Positions 1 to 9,890 of a stretch of 64,000 nt of DNA are shown one piece after another. Every line of letters begins with the position of its first letter. Within the stretch, counting starts at the first letter, position 1. The stretch comes from Candidatus Microgenomatus sp. Its GTDB lineage: Bacteria > Patescibacteriota > Microgenomatia > UBA8517. Where the stretch lies: assembly GCA_020724585.1 (NCBI GenBank), contig DYGS01000001.1, forward strand, positions 66,893 through 130,892, read 5' to 3'. The notes under the pieces are model-generated. The model was not told where the DNA came from. It worked only from the letters and a program-made list of their open reading frames with translations, and made no database searches. The translations under genes were made by a program, and so were the position numbers.

Positions 1-2
1 AG

Positions 3-902
3 GTTGCTGGAGGTGCCTTAGTTGGTTTGTTGTTTTATTCAACATCACTCCACCCTATTATCAAATGGCCAATAATACTACTCGCAACAGGCCTTGGCGC
101 AGCAATGGCTTTTTTGCCATTTCAGGAGAGACCTTTGGAAAAATGGATAATTGCATTCTTTAGAAGCATATATTCCCCAACCCTTTTTTCTTGGCAAAAA
201 ACTGAAAAGCCGCAAGTATTTTTTACTGAAGAAGCGATAGCCCCTGAAATAACTAATGTGGGGGTCCTTAATCAAAAATCAAGCACCTCGCCACTGGAAG
301 ATGCCGAGAAGTCCTTTTTAGCAAGAATAGGAAGTCTTTGGAATGTCTCGCCGCAAGCGGCAAGTGACAAATCACAAGAGATAAGTCCAACACCAACTAC
401 AACACCCCAACCAGTTGTTGCATCTACTGTTCCTACTCCTATTTCTGTTCCGCAACAGATGCCAACACTTATAACAAAATCTGCCCCAAGGTTAGTCGTT
501 GAAGAGACATCGCCTGTCTCCAATTCCCAAACAACTGCTACCAGCCAAATCGAGGGCCAAAAAATTGAAGAGAAAATAATAAATTCCTCCTCTGTTGAAT
601 TTTCCATAGATGCGGCACCGCCTCACCCTCCAACTATCCCAAATACAATATCAGGCCAAGTCATGGACTGGGCAAGAAAAATAGTTGAAGGGGCAATACT
701 TGAAATAAGAGACAGCAATGGCAGACCCGTTAGGGCTCTAAAAAGTAATAAGGCAGGACATTTTGTAATAGTCACTCCCTTAGTCAACGGAAAATATGAA
801 ATAATTATTGAAAAAGAGGGTTTTGAGTTTAAACCTGTTTCTTTTGAAGCAAAAGGAGAAATAATACCTCCAATTGCCATTCGTGCGGTAAAAACAGCAT
901 AA
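3..902 (+). CDS. PrgI-like membrane protein with Pro/Thr-rich linker and C-terminal carboxypeptidase-regulatory-like (beta-sandwich) domain; 5'-truncated by window edge
   Basis: Frame is open from the window start (VAGGALVGLLFYS...). Two TM segments followed by 'PFQERPLEKWIIAFF' are PrgI-like; the C-terminus reads 'ISGQVMDW..KIVEGAILEI..KSNKAGHF'. Lies directly upstream of virB4. Confidence 0.7.
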   Translation, partial: VAGGALVGLLFYSTSLHPIIKWPIILLATGLGAAMAFLPFQERPLEKWIIAFFRSIYSPTLFSWQKTEKPQVFFTEEAIAPEITNVGVLNQKSSTSPLEDAEKSFLARIGSLWNVSPQAASDKSQEISPTPTTTPQPVVASTVPTPISVPQQMPTLITKSAPRLVVEETSPVSNSQTTATSQIEGQKIEEKIINSSSVEFSIDAAPPHPPTIPNTISGQVMDWARKIVEGAILEIRDSNGRPVRALKSNKAGHFVIVTPLVNGKYEIIIEKEGFEFKPVSFEAKGEIIPPIAIRAVKTA

Positions 903-911
903 ATATAAATT

Positions 912-1616
912 ATGAATACAGCAACGGTTCCGGAAATTAAAAACGAAAAGATTAGAAGCATCATAACCAAAATTCCATATTTTGGAACTCCTGATGTGCC
1001 TCTTGTCTCAACAACTCAAGACGCCCTACCTATTGCAGATATTGTTGATGATATTGTTTTGTATAAAGATGGGGGAGCGGCAATTATTCTTGAATCGTCA
1101 TCTCTAAATTTTGGGTTGCTATCTGAAAAAGAGCAGGCCGCGGTGGTTGGGGCCTTTGCGGCTCTTATAAATTCTCTCTCTTTTTCCATGCAGATAGTTG
1201 TGAGGACTCAGAGAAAGGATATAACGGGCTATATTAAATATTTTGATGACCAGTCCGCAAAAATCACCAACCCCAAGTTAAAATCGATTACAGAGGACTA
1301 CAGACGCTTTATTACAGAGTCTATCAAGAAAAAGACTGTTTTAGGAAAAAGGTTTTTTATAGTTATCCCTTTTAGCCCGTTAGAACTTGGCGTCACAAAA
1401 TCCGCCCAATCAATTTTGCGGAAAGGTCCGCTTCCTTTTCCAAAAGATTATGTCGTTAAAAAGGCTAAAATTACACTCTACCCAAAAAGAGATCATTTGG
1501 TAAGACAAGCAGGAAGGCTTGGATTAAGACTTCGAATGCTTACGAAAACCGAGCTAATTTCTCTTTTCTATGAAATAAATAATCCTGAACCACCAGCAGT
1601 AAAAAAAGACATTTAA
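912..1616 (+). CDS. Conserved T4SS-associated protein (TraC/VirB4 N-terminal-like)
   Basis: 'STTQDALPIADIVDDIVLYKDG..NFGLLSEKEQ..LINSLSFSMQIVVRT' and position between the PrgI-like gene and virB4. Confidence 0.65.
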   Translation: MNTATVPEIKNEKIRSIITKIPYFGTPDVPLVSTTQDALPIADIVDDIVLYKDGGAAIILESSSLNFGLLSEKEQAAVVGAFAALINSLSFSMQIVVRTQRKDITGYIKYFDDQSAKITNPKLKSITEDYRRFITESIKKKTVLGKRFFIVIPFSPLELGVTKSAQSILRKGPLPFPKDYVVKKAKITLYPKRDHLVRQAGRLGLRLRMLTKTELISLFYEINNPEPPAVKKDI

Positions 1617-1645
1617 CTAGTATTATGTAGTATGTATTAAGCAGT

Positions 1646-3490
1646 ATGGATAACACAAACACACAAACAGAGCAGCAACGGTCAGCAGTGAATAGTGAAC
1701 ATCCCGCGGTTAGTGGGAAACCTGCTATCAAAAATCCTGTTGAGGCGGTTGAAAATGACGGTATGAATCTACTTGATGTTTTAGCTCCGGAACATATAGA
1801 AGTGGACTTTGACTATATAAAAATCAATAATGTCTACTATAGAACCCTCTTTATTGCAGGATACCCAAGATTTGTCACTCCCGGATGGCTTGAGCCTGTC
1901 ATTAATTTCAACTCGTCTCTTGATATCTCTTTTTATGTTTATCCTGTTGCCGGTAAGTCTGTCCTTGACGATTTAAGAAGAAAAATTGCAGAAATGGAGG
2001 CAGAAATTTCAACTGATATACAAAGGGGGAGAGTAGTTGATCCTGCAACAACTGCCAAGCTCGAGGATGCAAGAGCGCTCCAAGAGCAACTCGTTAAGGG
2101 GATAGAAAGATATTTTGAATTTTCCTTTTACATCACAATTCCTGCCAACTCTGTTGAAGAATTGAATAATATTTCAAGACAGGTTGAATCAACTTTAGGG
2201 TCTTTGTTGATTATCGCCAAACACGCAACCCTTGATCAAAAAGAGGGATTTTTATCATCAGTTCCATATGGACAAGACAGGCTTTCAATTACCAGAAATA
2301 TGGATACCACATCCGTTGCCACAACTTTTCCATTTACCTCAGCTGAATTATCATCCGACAAAGGAGTACTTTATGGAATAAATTCACAAAATGAGTCATT
2401 TATAATCTTTGACAGGTTTTCTTTAGAGAATGGGAATTTTTGTATATTTGCCACTTCGGGAAGTGGTAAAAGCTATTTTGTAAAGCTAGAAGCCGTTAGA
2501 TCACTAATGATAGGCTCAGATGCAATTATCCTTGACCCTGAGGCAGAATATAAAGCGCTTTGTGATGCTGTAGGAGGAGAATATATAGCATTTTCATATA
2601 ATTCTCCTGCAAAGATAAACCCCTTTGACCTTTCTCAAATTAGGGAAGAGGGAGAAAATCAATTAGGTCTTAAAATACTTTCACTTCATTCACTTATGAA
2701 AGTTATCATGGGTCAAATTACACCAACGCAAGATGCCATGTTAGATCGTGCGCTTATTATGACTTATAAAGCTAAGGGTATTACAACTGATCCAGAAACA
2801 CAAAGTAAAGAGCCTCCTCTAATGGAAGATCTTTATAAAACACTAATTGGCATGGAGGTTCCTGAAGCGCTTGATTTGGCCGCTCGTCTTGAAAAATTTG
2901 TTAGAGGATCATTCCAAGGAATTTTTGATAAACAAACAAATATAAACTTAAATAATCCATTTACTGTTTTTTCGGTCAAAGATCTGCAAGAAGCACTAAG
3001 GCCTATTGCCATGTTTATAATACTTGATTACATCTGGACAAGAGTTAAAAGAGATATAAAGCGCCGAATATTAATTGTTGATGAGGCTTGGCACATGATG
3101 AGATATCCTGATACTGCAGCCTTCCTTTGGTCTGTTGTTAAAAGGGCTAGAAAATATTATCTGGGACTAACTACAATTACTCAAGATGTTGAAGATTTTC
3201 TAAATCAAGATATCGGAAAGGCAATTGTTACAAATTCTGCATTAAGGCTTCTTTTAAAACAAAGCCCAGCTGCAATCGATAGAATTGGTGAGGTCTTTTA
3301 TCTTTCGCAAGGAGAAAAACAATTACTGCTTTCTGCAAATGTAGGGGAGGGTATATTTTTTGCAGGACCACACCATGCACCAATTAGAGTAGTTGCAAGT
3401 GAAGAAGAACATAAACTAATTAATACAAAACCACAAGACAATCCAAATCCGACGATGCCAAACATGAAAGCGTGGAATCGCGAAGCATAG
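1646..3490 (+). CDS. virB4: VirB4/TraC-like type IV secretion ATPase
   Basis: Walker A ATSGSGKS, ILDPEAEY, INPFD, Walker B LIVDEAW, RARKY..TQ motif. Confidence 0.9.
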   Translation: MDNTNTQTEQQRSAVNSEHPAVSGKPAIKNPVEAVENDGMNLLDVLAPEHIEVDFDYIKINNVYYRTLFIAGYPRFVTPGWLEPVINFNSSLDISFYVYPVAGKSVLDDLRRKIAEMEAEISTDIQRGRVVDPATTAKLEDARALQEQLVKGIERYFEFSFYITIPANSVEELNNISRQVESTLGSLLIIAKHATLDQKEGFLSSVPYGQDRLSITRNMDTTSVATTFPFTSAELSSDKGVLYGINSQNESFIIFDRFSLENGNFCIFATSGSGKSYFVKLEAVRSLMIGSDAIILDPEAEYKALCDAVGGEYIAFSYNSPAKINPFDLSQIREEGENQLGLKILSLHSLMKVIMGQITPTQDAMLDRALIMTYKAKGITTDPETQSKEPPLMEDLYKTLIGMEVPEALDLAARLEKFVRGSFQGIFDKQTNINLNNPFTVFSVKDLQEALRPIAMFIILDYIWTRVKRDIKRRILIVDEAWHMMRYPDTAAFLWSVVKRARKYYLGLTTITQDVEDFLNQDIGKAIVTNSALRLLLKQSPAAIDRIGEVFYLSQGEKQLLLSANVGEGIFFAGPHHAPIRVVASEEEHKLINTKPQDNPNPTMPNMKAWNREA

Positions 3491-3531
3491 CTTCGTAATA
3501 ATTAAAAATTAATAGTTAAGAACTAAGAATT

Positions 3532-6318
3532 ATGAAAAAAACACTTGATCAACTGGATTTAAAAACACTTCAAAAAATTTTAAATATTCTTGATACAAAC
3601 TTTCAAAACGAACTTGGTCTTAATGACCCTCAAACTTCTATATATAATTCATGGTCAATCCCAGAATTGGGCGTGTCTAGTAAAAGCAACAGGCGTACCG
3701 TAGAAGAAGTTTTAGAAAGATTAACTGGAACAGAATCACTAAGTCAAGCCTACGCAAAAATCTATGAAAGGGTTGACATATTAAAAAAAACAAGGCAAGT
3801 AGAGGCTCCAAAAGGCGAAGATCAAACTACTCCACAAAATCTTGACGAGCTTGAGGAACAAGCAGAAGAAAGAGCTGGAAAACAGGAAAAAGCAAGACAG
3901 GCAGCAAAAGAAGGTGTAGCCAGAATGCAAGATAGACAAAAAGAATTGTATGAGGAGCAACAAAGATTGCAAAAAAGAGTTGATGCATTAAAAAACGAAG
4001 ATGTTGTAAATGAATTAAAAGATAAAAAAGTCTATGCAAAAGTTGAGGTTGATGAAAAAGATCAGCCTAAATTTGAAAATTTAGACGAAAATGACAAAAA
4101 AACAATTAGTCATTATCAAGAATTAATTAAGAAGGAGAAGTTTGAAACCGCTAAAGAAGAATTAACTAAGGAACTGGAACAAAAAGCAGAAAATGAACTT
4201 CAAAAAGAAGGTTTTTCCAAAGAACAAATTCACCAAACTGCAAAAGAAACAGCCGAAGAAGTAATAGAAAATTTAAGCAATAGAAGTAGTTCAAATTATG
4301 TCCCGCCTTCATATCAAACTGCAATTTTGGCTCATGTATCATCGGATGATTCTGTTATTCCAAAAGTCGTTGCCACAAAGACAGCACAAGAGTTAATTAA
4401 AAATTCTGCAGGCAATGTTGCTGTTTTTAAAATTCAACCAGAAGTATTAACTATGGAAGTTTTAAAAACAGCATTTGGTGAAAATTTTTCAAGTTTTGTT
4501 CTTGGCGCCGACCCTACTAAAGTAAAAGTAACACTCACTGAGAGTTTACCCCAAAACATTATTCAGACAGCAACAATTCAGTACCAACAAGTAAATTTTA
4601 ACGAATTAAGACAACACCAAATTCAAATTCATGAGGGACAAATTAATACAATTGACGGAATTGTAAAAAGTGGTAGGGAAGTAGTAGTTGATAGATTCCA
4701 ATCAAGTGTAATTAATTTTGTTTCAAGAAAGTTAGAATCCTTGCCTGTAACTTCTGTTGTTAAAAAAGTTATTTTAACTCCAGAAATGCAAGCCGTTTTC
4801 TTTGCAAAATTTGGAGTAGGCAATCCTGTCACATGGCAATACATGAATCCAGTTTTAATGAGAGTAATGGGTCAAAACCAACTTGCAGGAGCAGCCTTTA
4901 GTGCTCTAGGTAAACTTACAGGAAAACCAATTGTAACAGCAGTAAGCTCAGAGGTTGCTGGCCAAGTTGCAGGCAAAGTTGCAACTCAAGCAGCAGGTAA
5001 GGCTACTGGGGCAGGATTAGGTGCAACAATTGGGGCAATTACGGGGTTATCAGGAGGTCCATTAGCAATAGTAACTGCAGCAGTTGGATATGTAATTGGA
5101 GAAGTAGCAAGTAAAGCACTTTCAAAACTCAAAGTTTGGTGGACAAAAAATAAAGAAACTATCGCCCCATTTTTGGCAATTGGGGCAGGGCTTTCCTTGG
5201 CCAGATTTGGTTTTGGTCCTGCAATATTGGGAGGAGCTGGGACTTATTTGATTTTTGGTGGAACTGCAGCGGCTTTACTTTTCGGTCCGTTAAGATTTTT
5301 TCAGATTCTTGCGAGAAATATAGGAATTGCAATTGCAACACCTGTAATAGTTACACTTTTAGTTCTTCCACCCTTAGTTGCCTTTATTATGCTTGTTATA
5401 AATAACAGCGCCTATGTTGTACCCCCATCACCACCATCACTAAGTCGATCATCAAATCCTTATATTAGCGTCATTAAAACGGCAGACCCTGCAGGACCAT
5501 TTGAAAATAGTGATTTACCTTTAGATATAACATACACAATTACAATAAGTGCAAAGAGAGATACTCTAACAAATATATCATTTAAAGATACTTGTAAAAT
5601 AATTCAGGAAGCATCAAATGTCCCATGCGAAAATTCATCATATGATGTTCCAGATTCAATTTCACCAGGATCCTCATATACGATAACTTATACGAATAAT
5701 TACAATAAGTTTCTGACCGACGCCTTAATAGTAAACACTTTCGAGGTTACGGCGACAGTAGGTGAAGCGGGCGAACAATCAACATCTGGCGCAGCATCAA
5801 TTAGAATTGGTAATCCACCAAATCAATGTTTCAATATCGTCAAAGATGGTTTTAATGCGGATCAGTATTCTTATGCATTAGGTGCAATATCCAAACTACA
5901 AGATGAATTTAATGGCTATGCCTCAAAAATTTGCGCAAGCTTAGGTGGAAAAAGTATTGATATTAAATACGCAGGTTCTGACCCTAATTTCTGGGGATGG
6001 TGGGAAGATGGATATATCCGGCTTTACAGTAAAGGAGTAGAAAGTGCCCAAAATGCCAATTATGTTATTTTCCATGAATTAGCCCACGTATTAGCTACAT
6101 ACGATGATAGTTGGTATAACCAATACAAAAGTTATCCAGGAATTACAAACGAACCATATCCATATTGTTTCTATGACTACCCAGACGAAACAGGCTTTTG
6201 GCCATATTCTGAAAGATTTGCAGAGGCTGCATCTTTTTATGCAAATGATCCTTGTGGTAATTTTAGACAAAAAAATCCCGCTCACTATAAATTTATGAAT
6301 GATGTATTATTTAAATAA
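3532..6318 (+). CDS. Large membrane protein: N-terminal coiled coil, Gly/Ala-rich hydrophobic segment with TM helices, Ig-like domain, C-terminal HExxH zinc-metallopeptidase-like domain
   Basis: Charged helical N-terminus; GAGLGATIGAITG glycine-zipper-like region; HELAH followed by ERFAEA (candidate gluzincin third ligand). Confidence 0.65.
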   Translation: MKKTLDQLDLKTLQKILNILDTNFQNELGLNDPQTSIYNSWSIPELGVSSKSNRRTVEEVLERLTGTESLSQAYAKIYERVDILKKTRQVEAPKGEDQTTPQNLDELEEQAEERAGKQEKARQAAKEGVARMQDRQKELYEEQQRLQKRVDALKNEDVVNELKDKKVYAKVEVDEKDQPKFENLDENDKKTISHYQELIKKEKFETAKEELTKELEQKAENELQKEGFSKEQIHQTAKETAEEVIENLSNRSSSNYVPPSYQTAILAHVSSDDSVIPKVVATKTAQELIKNSAGNVAVFKIQPEVLTMEVLKTAFGENFSSFVLGADPTKVKVTLTESLPQNIIQTATIQYQQVNFNELRQHQIQIHEGQINTIDGIVKSGREVVVDRFQSSVINFVSRKLESLPVTSVVKKVILTPEMQAVFFAKFGVGNPVTWQYMNPVLMRVMGQNQLAGAAFSALGKLTGKPIVTAVSSEVAGQVAGKVATQAAGKATGAGLGATIGAITGLSGGPLAIVTAAVGYVIGEVASKALSKLKVWWTKNKETIAPFLAIGAGLSLARFGFGPAILGGAGTYLIFGGTAAALLFGPLRFFQILARNIGIAIATPVIVTLLVLPPLVAFIMLVINNSAYVVPPSPPSLSRSSNPYISVIKTADPAGPFENSDLPLDITYTITISAKRDTLTNISFKDTCKIIQEASNVPCENSSYDVPDSISPGSSYTITYTNNYNKFLTDALIVNTFEVTATVGEAGEQSTSGAASIRIGNPPNQCFNIVKDGFNADQYSYALGAISKLQDEFNGYASKICASLGGKSIDIKYAGSDPNFWGWWEDGYIRLYSKGVESAQNANYVIFHELAHVLATYDDSWYNQYKSYPGITNEPYPYCFYDYPDETGFWPYSERFAEAASFYANDPCGNFRQKNPAHYKFMNDVLFK

Positions 6319-6326
6319 TAACCAAT

Positions 6327-6905
6327 ATGAATAAGATAATTTCTTTCATTAAAAACAACAAACGATTTATTGTTGTTTTTCTGATAATTACCATCTTCAT
6401 TTTAATGATAGATAAACGATCAAAAAAAACAAGTGAAAAGTCACTTCCATCAGCAACACCCATTCAAATTGCTACATTTAAAGACTTAACTCCAGGAATA
6501 AGCTCAAAGGAAGATGTTTTATTAAAAATGGGAACTGCTCTAAATGCTAGAATTGAAGGAGACAAAGAAACTTACGAATATAAATCTTCGAACCCAAATT
6601 TTAATACTGAAGTTATCATTACAAACAACAAACTTGAATATATAAAAATTATTTATACCAATTCAGATAATAAAATTTATTCGGATTTTAACTCAACTTA
6701 TGGGGAACCAGAACAAGTTCTTTATAACGCAGATTACTCTGTTGGATACATACTGAATTCATATCCTTCAAAAGGTGTTGCGTTTATATCTCATATAAAT
6801 TCGGGGAGGGTAAGTGAGGCTTGGTATTTTAAACCTACTACTATTGAAGAATTTAAAAACAATTTAGCGGTTGGTTATTTTGATAAACCTAATCTGTCAA
6901 GATAA
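6327..6905 (+). CDS. Hypothetical membrane-anchored extracellular protein
   Basis: 192-aa ORF with an N-terminal TM helix; 8 nt after the preceding stop codon. Confidence 0.6.
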   Translation: MNKIISFIKNNKRFIVVFLIITIFILMIDKRSKKTSEKSLPSATPIQIATFKDLTPGISSKEDVLLKMGTALNARIEGDKETYEYKSSNPNFNTEVIITNNKLEYIKIIYTNSDNKIYSDFNSTYGEPEQVLYNADYSVGYILNSYPSKGVAFISHINSGRVSEAWYFKPTTIEEFKNNLAVGYFDKPNLSR

Positions 6906-6951
6906 ATTAAAACAAATTATTAATTACTTTTACACGAAATTATAAATCAAG

Positions 6952-8064
6952 CTAGTTTGCTTTGATGGGCATTATGAGGTGGAGGAAGTCAGGGTCTTTG
7001 GGGTCTAGAAATTTACCTGCTTTATCCTGACCGTTAAATTCAATTTCGATATCATCAGATTTTATAGCTTTCAAAATATCTTCCAAAAATTTATAATTAA
7101 ATAAAATTGTTAGGTCTTTTTCAACTGATTTCTCATCTAATTTAATTTCAACCTCAGTTTCCTGCTTGCCTGAATTGGAACTTTCAGCAATTATTTGAAG
7201 TTTATTGTTTTTTATCTGAAATTTAACCCCATTTCCTGAGTCTCTTGAAAAAACAGACGCCAACTTGACAGATTTAGAAAGATCATCTCTATCAACGAAT
7301 GTTTTAAGATTATAACCTTCAGGAATTATTTTTTGGTAAGGAGGATACTCCCCGTCTATTATTCTCGATGAAAAAACTGTCTCTTCAAAAACAAAAACAA
7401 CTTGTCCATCATTTTTCCTTACTTCAAAAGAAACCTCACCATCTCCTTCTATTTTTAATATTTCATAGAGGATGCTTTTAGGAATTATTACACGATCAAA
7501 GTTCTCTCCTTTTTTAATTGAGATTTTCTTTCTTGAGAGTCTAAATCCATCTGTACCAACTATTACCAGATTGTTATTATCTTGAGGTTCAAATAATATA
7601 CCCGTTAAGACAGGTCTTGATTCGTCATTACTTACAGCAAACAAAACTTTCTCTAAAGCATTTTTTAGTTGATCGAGGGGAACAGAAAATGATTCTTTTT
7701 TAATTTTATCAGGGATTTTTGGAAAATCAGTAGTATTCATTCCTAGTATCTCAGATTTAAATTTATAACTTTCAATTTTTAGATGTTCTTTTTCGGAAGA
7801 TAAATGAAGGTTGTCACCAAAAAGAGATAATACAACATCTAGAAGTATTCTTCCTGGGACAGCAATTTCCCCCTCTTTTTCGGATTTGACAGGAATTGAA
7901 ACAGAAACAGAGGACTCTAAATTTGTTGCCTGCAAAACAAGTTTTGATTTTTCAACTTTTAGAAGGATATTTCCCAATATTGGTAGTTGTTGTTTTGATG
8001 AAGTAACGCGAGAAACTGTAGTTATTGCTTTTTTAAAATTATTCAAATCTAGCTCAATTTTCAT
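6952..8064 (-). CDS. dnaN: DNA polymerase III beta clamp
   Basis: LPILGNIL, SRPVLTGI, GTDGFRLS, C-terminal LIMPI; next to dnaA. Confidence 0.97.
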   Translation of the reverse strand: MKIELDLNNFKKAITTVSRVTSSKQQLPILGNILLKVEKSKLVLQATNLESSVSVSIPVKSEKEGEIAVPGRILLDVVLSLFGDNLHLSSEKEHLKIESYKFKSEILGMNTTDFPKIPDKIKKESFSVPLDQLKNALEKVLFAVSNDESRPVLTGILFEPQDNNNLVIVGTDGFRLSRKKISIKKGENFDRVIIPKSILYEILKIEGDGEVSFEVRKNDGQVVFVFEETVFSSRIIDGEYPPYQKIIPEGYNLKTFVDRDDLSKSVKLASVFSRDSGNGVKFQIKNNKLQIIAESSNSGKQETEVEIKLDEKSVEKDLTILFNYKFLEDILKAIKSDDIEIEFNGQDKAGKFLDPKDPDFLHLIMPIKAN

Positions 8065-8235
8065 GAATCTATATTTATCATATTTTAAATAGCAGTACTA
8101 GTAGTAGGTGCTGTGTATAAGTGAACAACTAAGAATTAAGAACTAAAAATTAAGAATTTATTCGGGAGATAAATAGGTGGATAAATATGTGGATAAATGT
8201 GGGTAATTTGTTGATAAGTTGATAAAAGATAAATT
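8065..8235. other. Replication origin (oriC) with DnaA boxes and DnaA-trios
   Basis: Boxes: TGTGTATAA 8112-8120, GGTGGATAA 8176-8184, TGTGGATAA 8188-8196 (perfect), TGTGGGTAA 8198-8206, TGTTGATAA 8209-8217. Trio run TAG-CAG-TAC-TAG-TAG-TAG at 8090-8107, then GTGC, then a DnaA box, next to an AT-rich stretch. Confidence 0.9.
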
Positions 8236-9603
8236 TTATCCCAAAAGCATTTTTTTAATCCCTGCAATATCCCCTTGAATATCCACACTAGTCGAGGCTA
8301 GATTTTGTATTGTTTCCACACCATGTATTATCGTTGTATGATCCCTGCCTCCAATTATCCTCCCAATTGATTGTAGGGGAAGTTTTAATTCATTTTTAAG
8401 AAGATACATCAAAATTTGTCTTGGCCTTGCAAAACTTCTTACTCTTGACTCTCCCAGAAGGTCTTTTTTGTTGATCTGAAAGTGCTTACAAAGTATTTTT
8501 ATAACTTCTTCGGGAGATTTCCTGATAGTTTTTTCCTCTCCTCCGTTTTTACCTAAAATTGATTGAACAAAGTCATAGCTTGGTTCTACTCTCTTTGTGT
8601 TTACCTCAGAGAAAAGTTTGATTAAAAAGCCTTGTATGGCTCGCGCAGAATCTATATTCCCTGCAATTAAAGCAACAGTTTCGCTGTCAAGTTTTAATCC
8701 TCGCTCCTCTGCTTTAATTTGAACAATTGCGGATCGAAGTTCAAAATCAGGCGGCGCAATATCCACTATTAAACCGGCTTCAAACCTGCTTCTAAGTCTT
8801 AATTCCAATTTTGAGATTTCAGAGGGGGGGCGGTCTGAAGTTAAAATAACTTGCCCACCGGCAGAAGTTACGGCATTAAAGGTATGAAAAAACTCTTCTT
8901 GAGCAGTGTCTTTGCCGGCTATAAATTGTATATCGTCTATAAATAAGGCGTTTAGCTTTCGGTATTTTTTTCTAACTTCTGAAGTTGATTTGTTTCTTAT
9001 CCCTTCAACAATATCGTTGGTGAAATCTTCTGCTGTGCAGGCGACAATTTTTGAATTAACATTTTTTTCCAAAATTGCATGACCGACTGCATGCATCAGA
9101 TGCGATTTTCCAACTCCAACCCCTCCCCAAATAAAAAGCGGATTATAAGCAGTTCCAAGATTTTTTGAAACGGCTTCTGCTGCGGCATGAGCCAGTTGAT
9201 TTGATCCCGAGACGGCAAATTTATCGAATGTATAATCGAGTCTTAAATTAGCAAGTCTAACCGCTTTTTCCATTTCTTCCTTGTTTTTAATCGGTTCGTC
9301 AAAAAGCGGGGATGGAACATCAGTGTTTTTCTTGATGGGGTCCGCCACTGATCCAACCGCGAAAATTATATCTGTTGGCTTGTCTAATACTTTGGAAAGA
9401 GTGTCTTGAATTAAGCCTTGATACCTTTGTTCTATTTGATTTTTTATATAAAAAGATCCGCAGACAATTTCTGTGATAAATCTATTATTGATTTCTTTAA
9501 TGTCATTTATTTTAGTATGAATGAGGTAAGTGGCATATGATGCCCGCGACACTGAAAGTTTTAAAATTTCTAAAGTATTTTTCCAAATTTGTGATTTATC
9601 CAT
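8236..9603 (-). CDS. dnaA: Chromosomal replication initiator DnaA
   Basis: YNPLFIWGGVGVGKSHL, IDDIQF, QEEFFHTFN, GRDHTTIIH. Confidence 0.98.
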   Translation of the reverse strand: MDKSQIWKNTLEILKLSVSRASYATYLIHTKINDIKEINNRFITEIVCGSFYIKNQIEQRYQGLIQDTLSKVLDKPTDIIFAVGSVADPIKKNTDVPSPLFDEPIKNKEEMEKAVRLANLRLDYTFDKFAVSGSNQLAHAAAEAVSKNLGTAYNPLFIWGGVGVGKSHLMHAVGHAILEKNVNSKIVACTAEDFTNDIVEGIRNKSTSEVRKKYRKLNALFIDDIQFIAGKDTAQEEFFHTFNAVTSAGGQVILTSDRPPSEISKLELRLRSRFEAGLIVDIAPPDFELRSAIVQIKAEERGLKLDSETVALIAGNIDSARAIQGFLIKLFSEVNTKRVEPSYDFVQSILGKNGGEEKTIRKSPEEVIKILCKHFQINKKDLLGESRVRSFARPRQILMYLLKNELKLPLQSIGRIIGGRDHTTIIHGVETIQNLASTSVDIQGDIAGIKKMLLG

Positions 9604-9687
9604 AATTATTAACGACTAGAAACTAGAATTAGAAGTTAGGCAATAGACTTCTTTAGCGGCAGAGTTTATATCTTGTTTTTACAAAAG

Positions 9688-9696
9688 TTATCCACA
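9688..9696 (+). promoter_or_regulatory. DnaA box upstream of dnaA (autoregulation or second origin half)
   Basis: Perfect TTATCCACA in the dnaA-rpmH intergenic region. Confidence 0.8.
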
Positions 9697-9746
9697 ATTG
9701 TAAAGAGCCAATTTACAATTTATGAGTTACAATTTACAATACACTT

Positions 9747-9890
9747 ATGTCAACAAAAAGAACTTATCAGCCGCACAAAAAGAAAAGAATCAGAAAATTT
9801 GGCTTTAGAGCCAGAAATTCAAGCAAGAACGGTCAAAAAATCTTAAAAAGAAGAAGATTAAAAGGACGAAGGCGTTTAGTGTTGGCCTGA
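9747..9890 (+). CDS. rpmH: 50S ribosomal protein L34 (not in the ORF track)
   Basis: Manual translation [47 protein letters not shown]; canonical position before rnpA. Confidence 0.96.
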   Translation: MSTKRTYQPHKKKRIRKFGFRARNSSKNGQKILKRRRLKGRRRLVLA

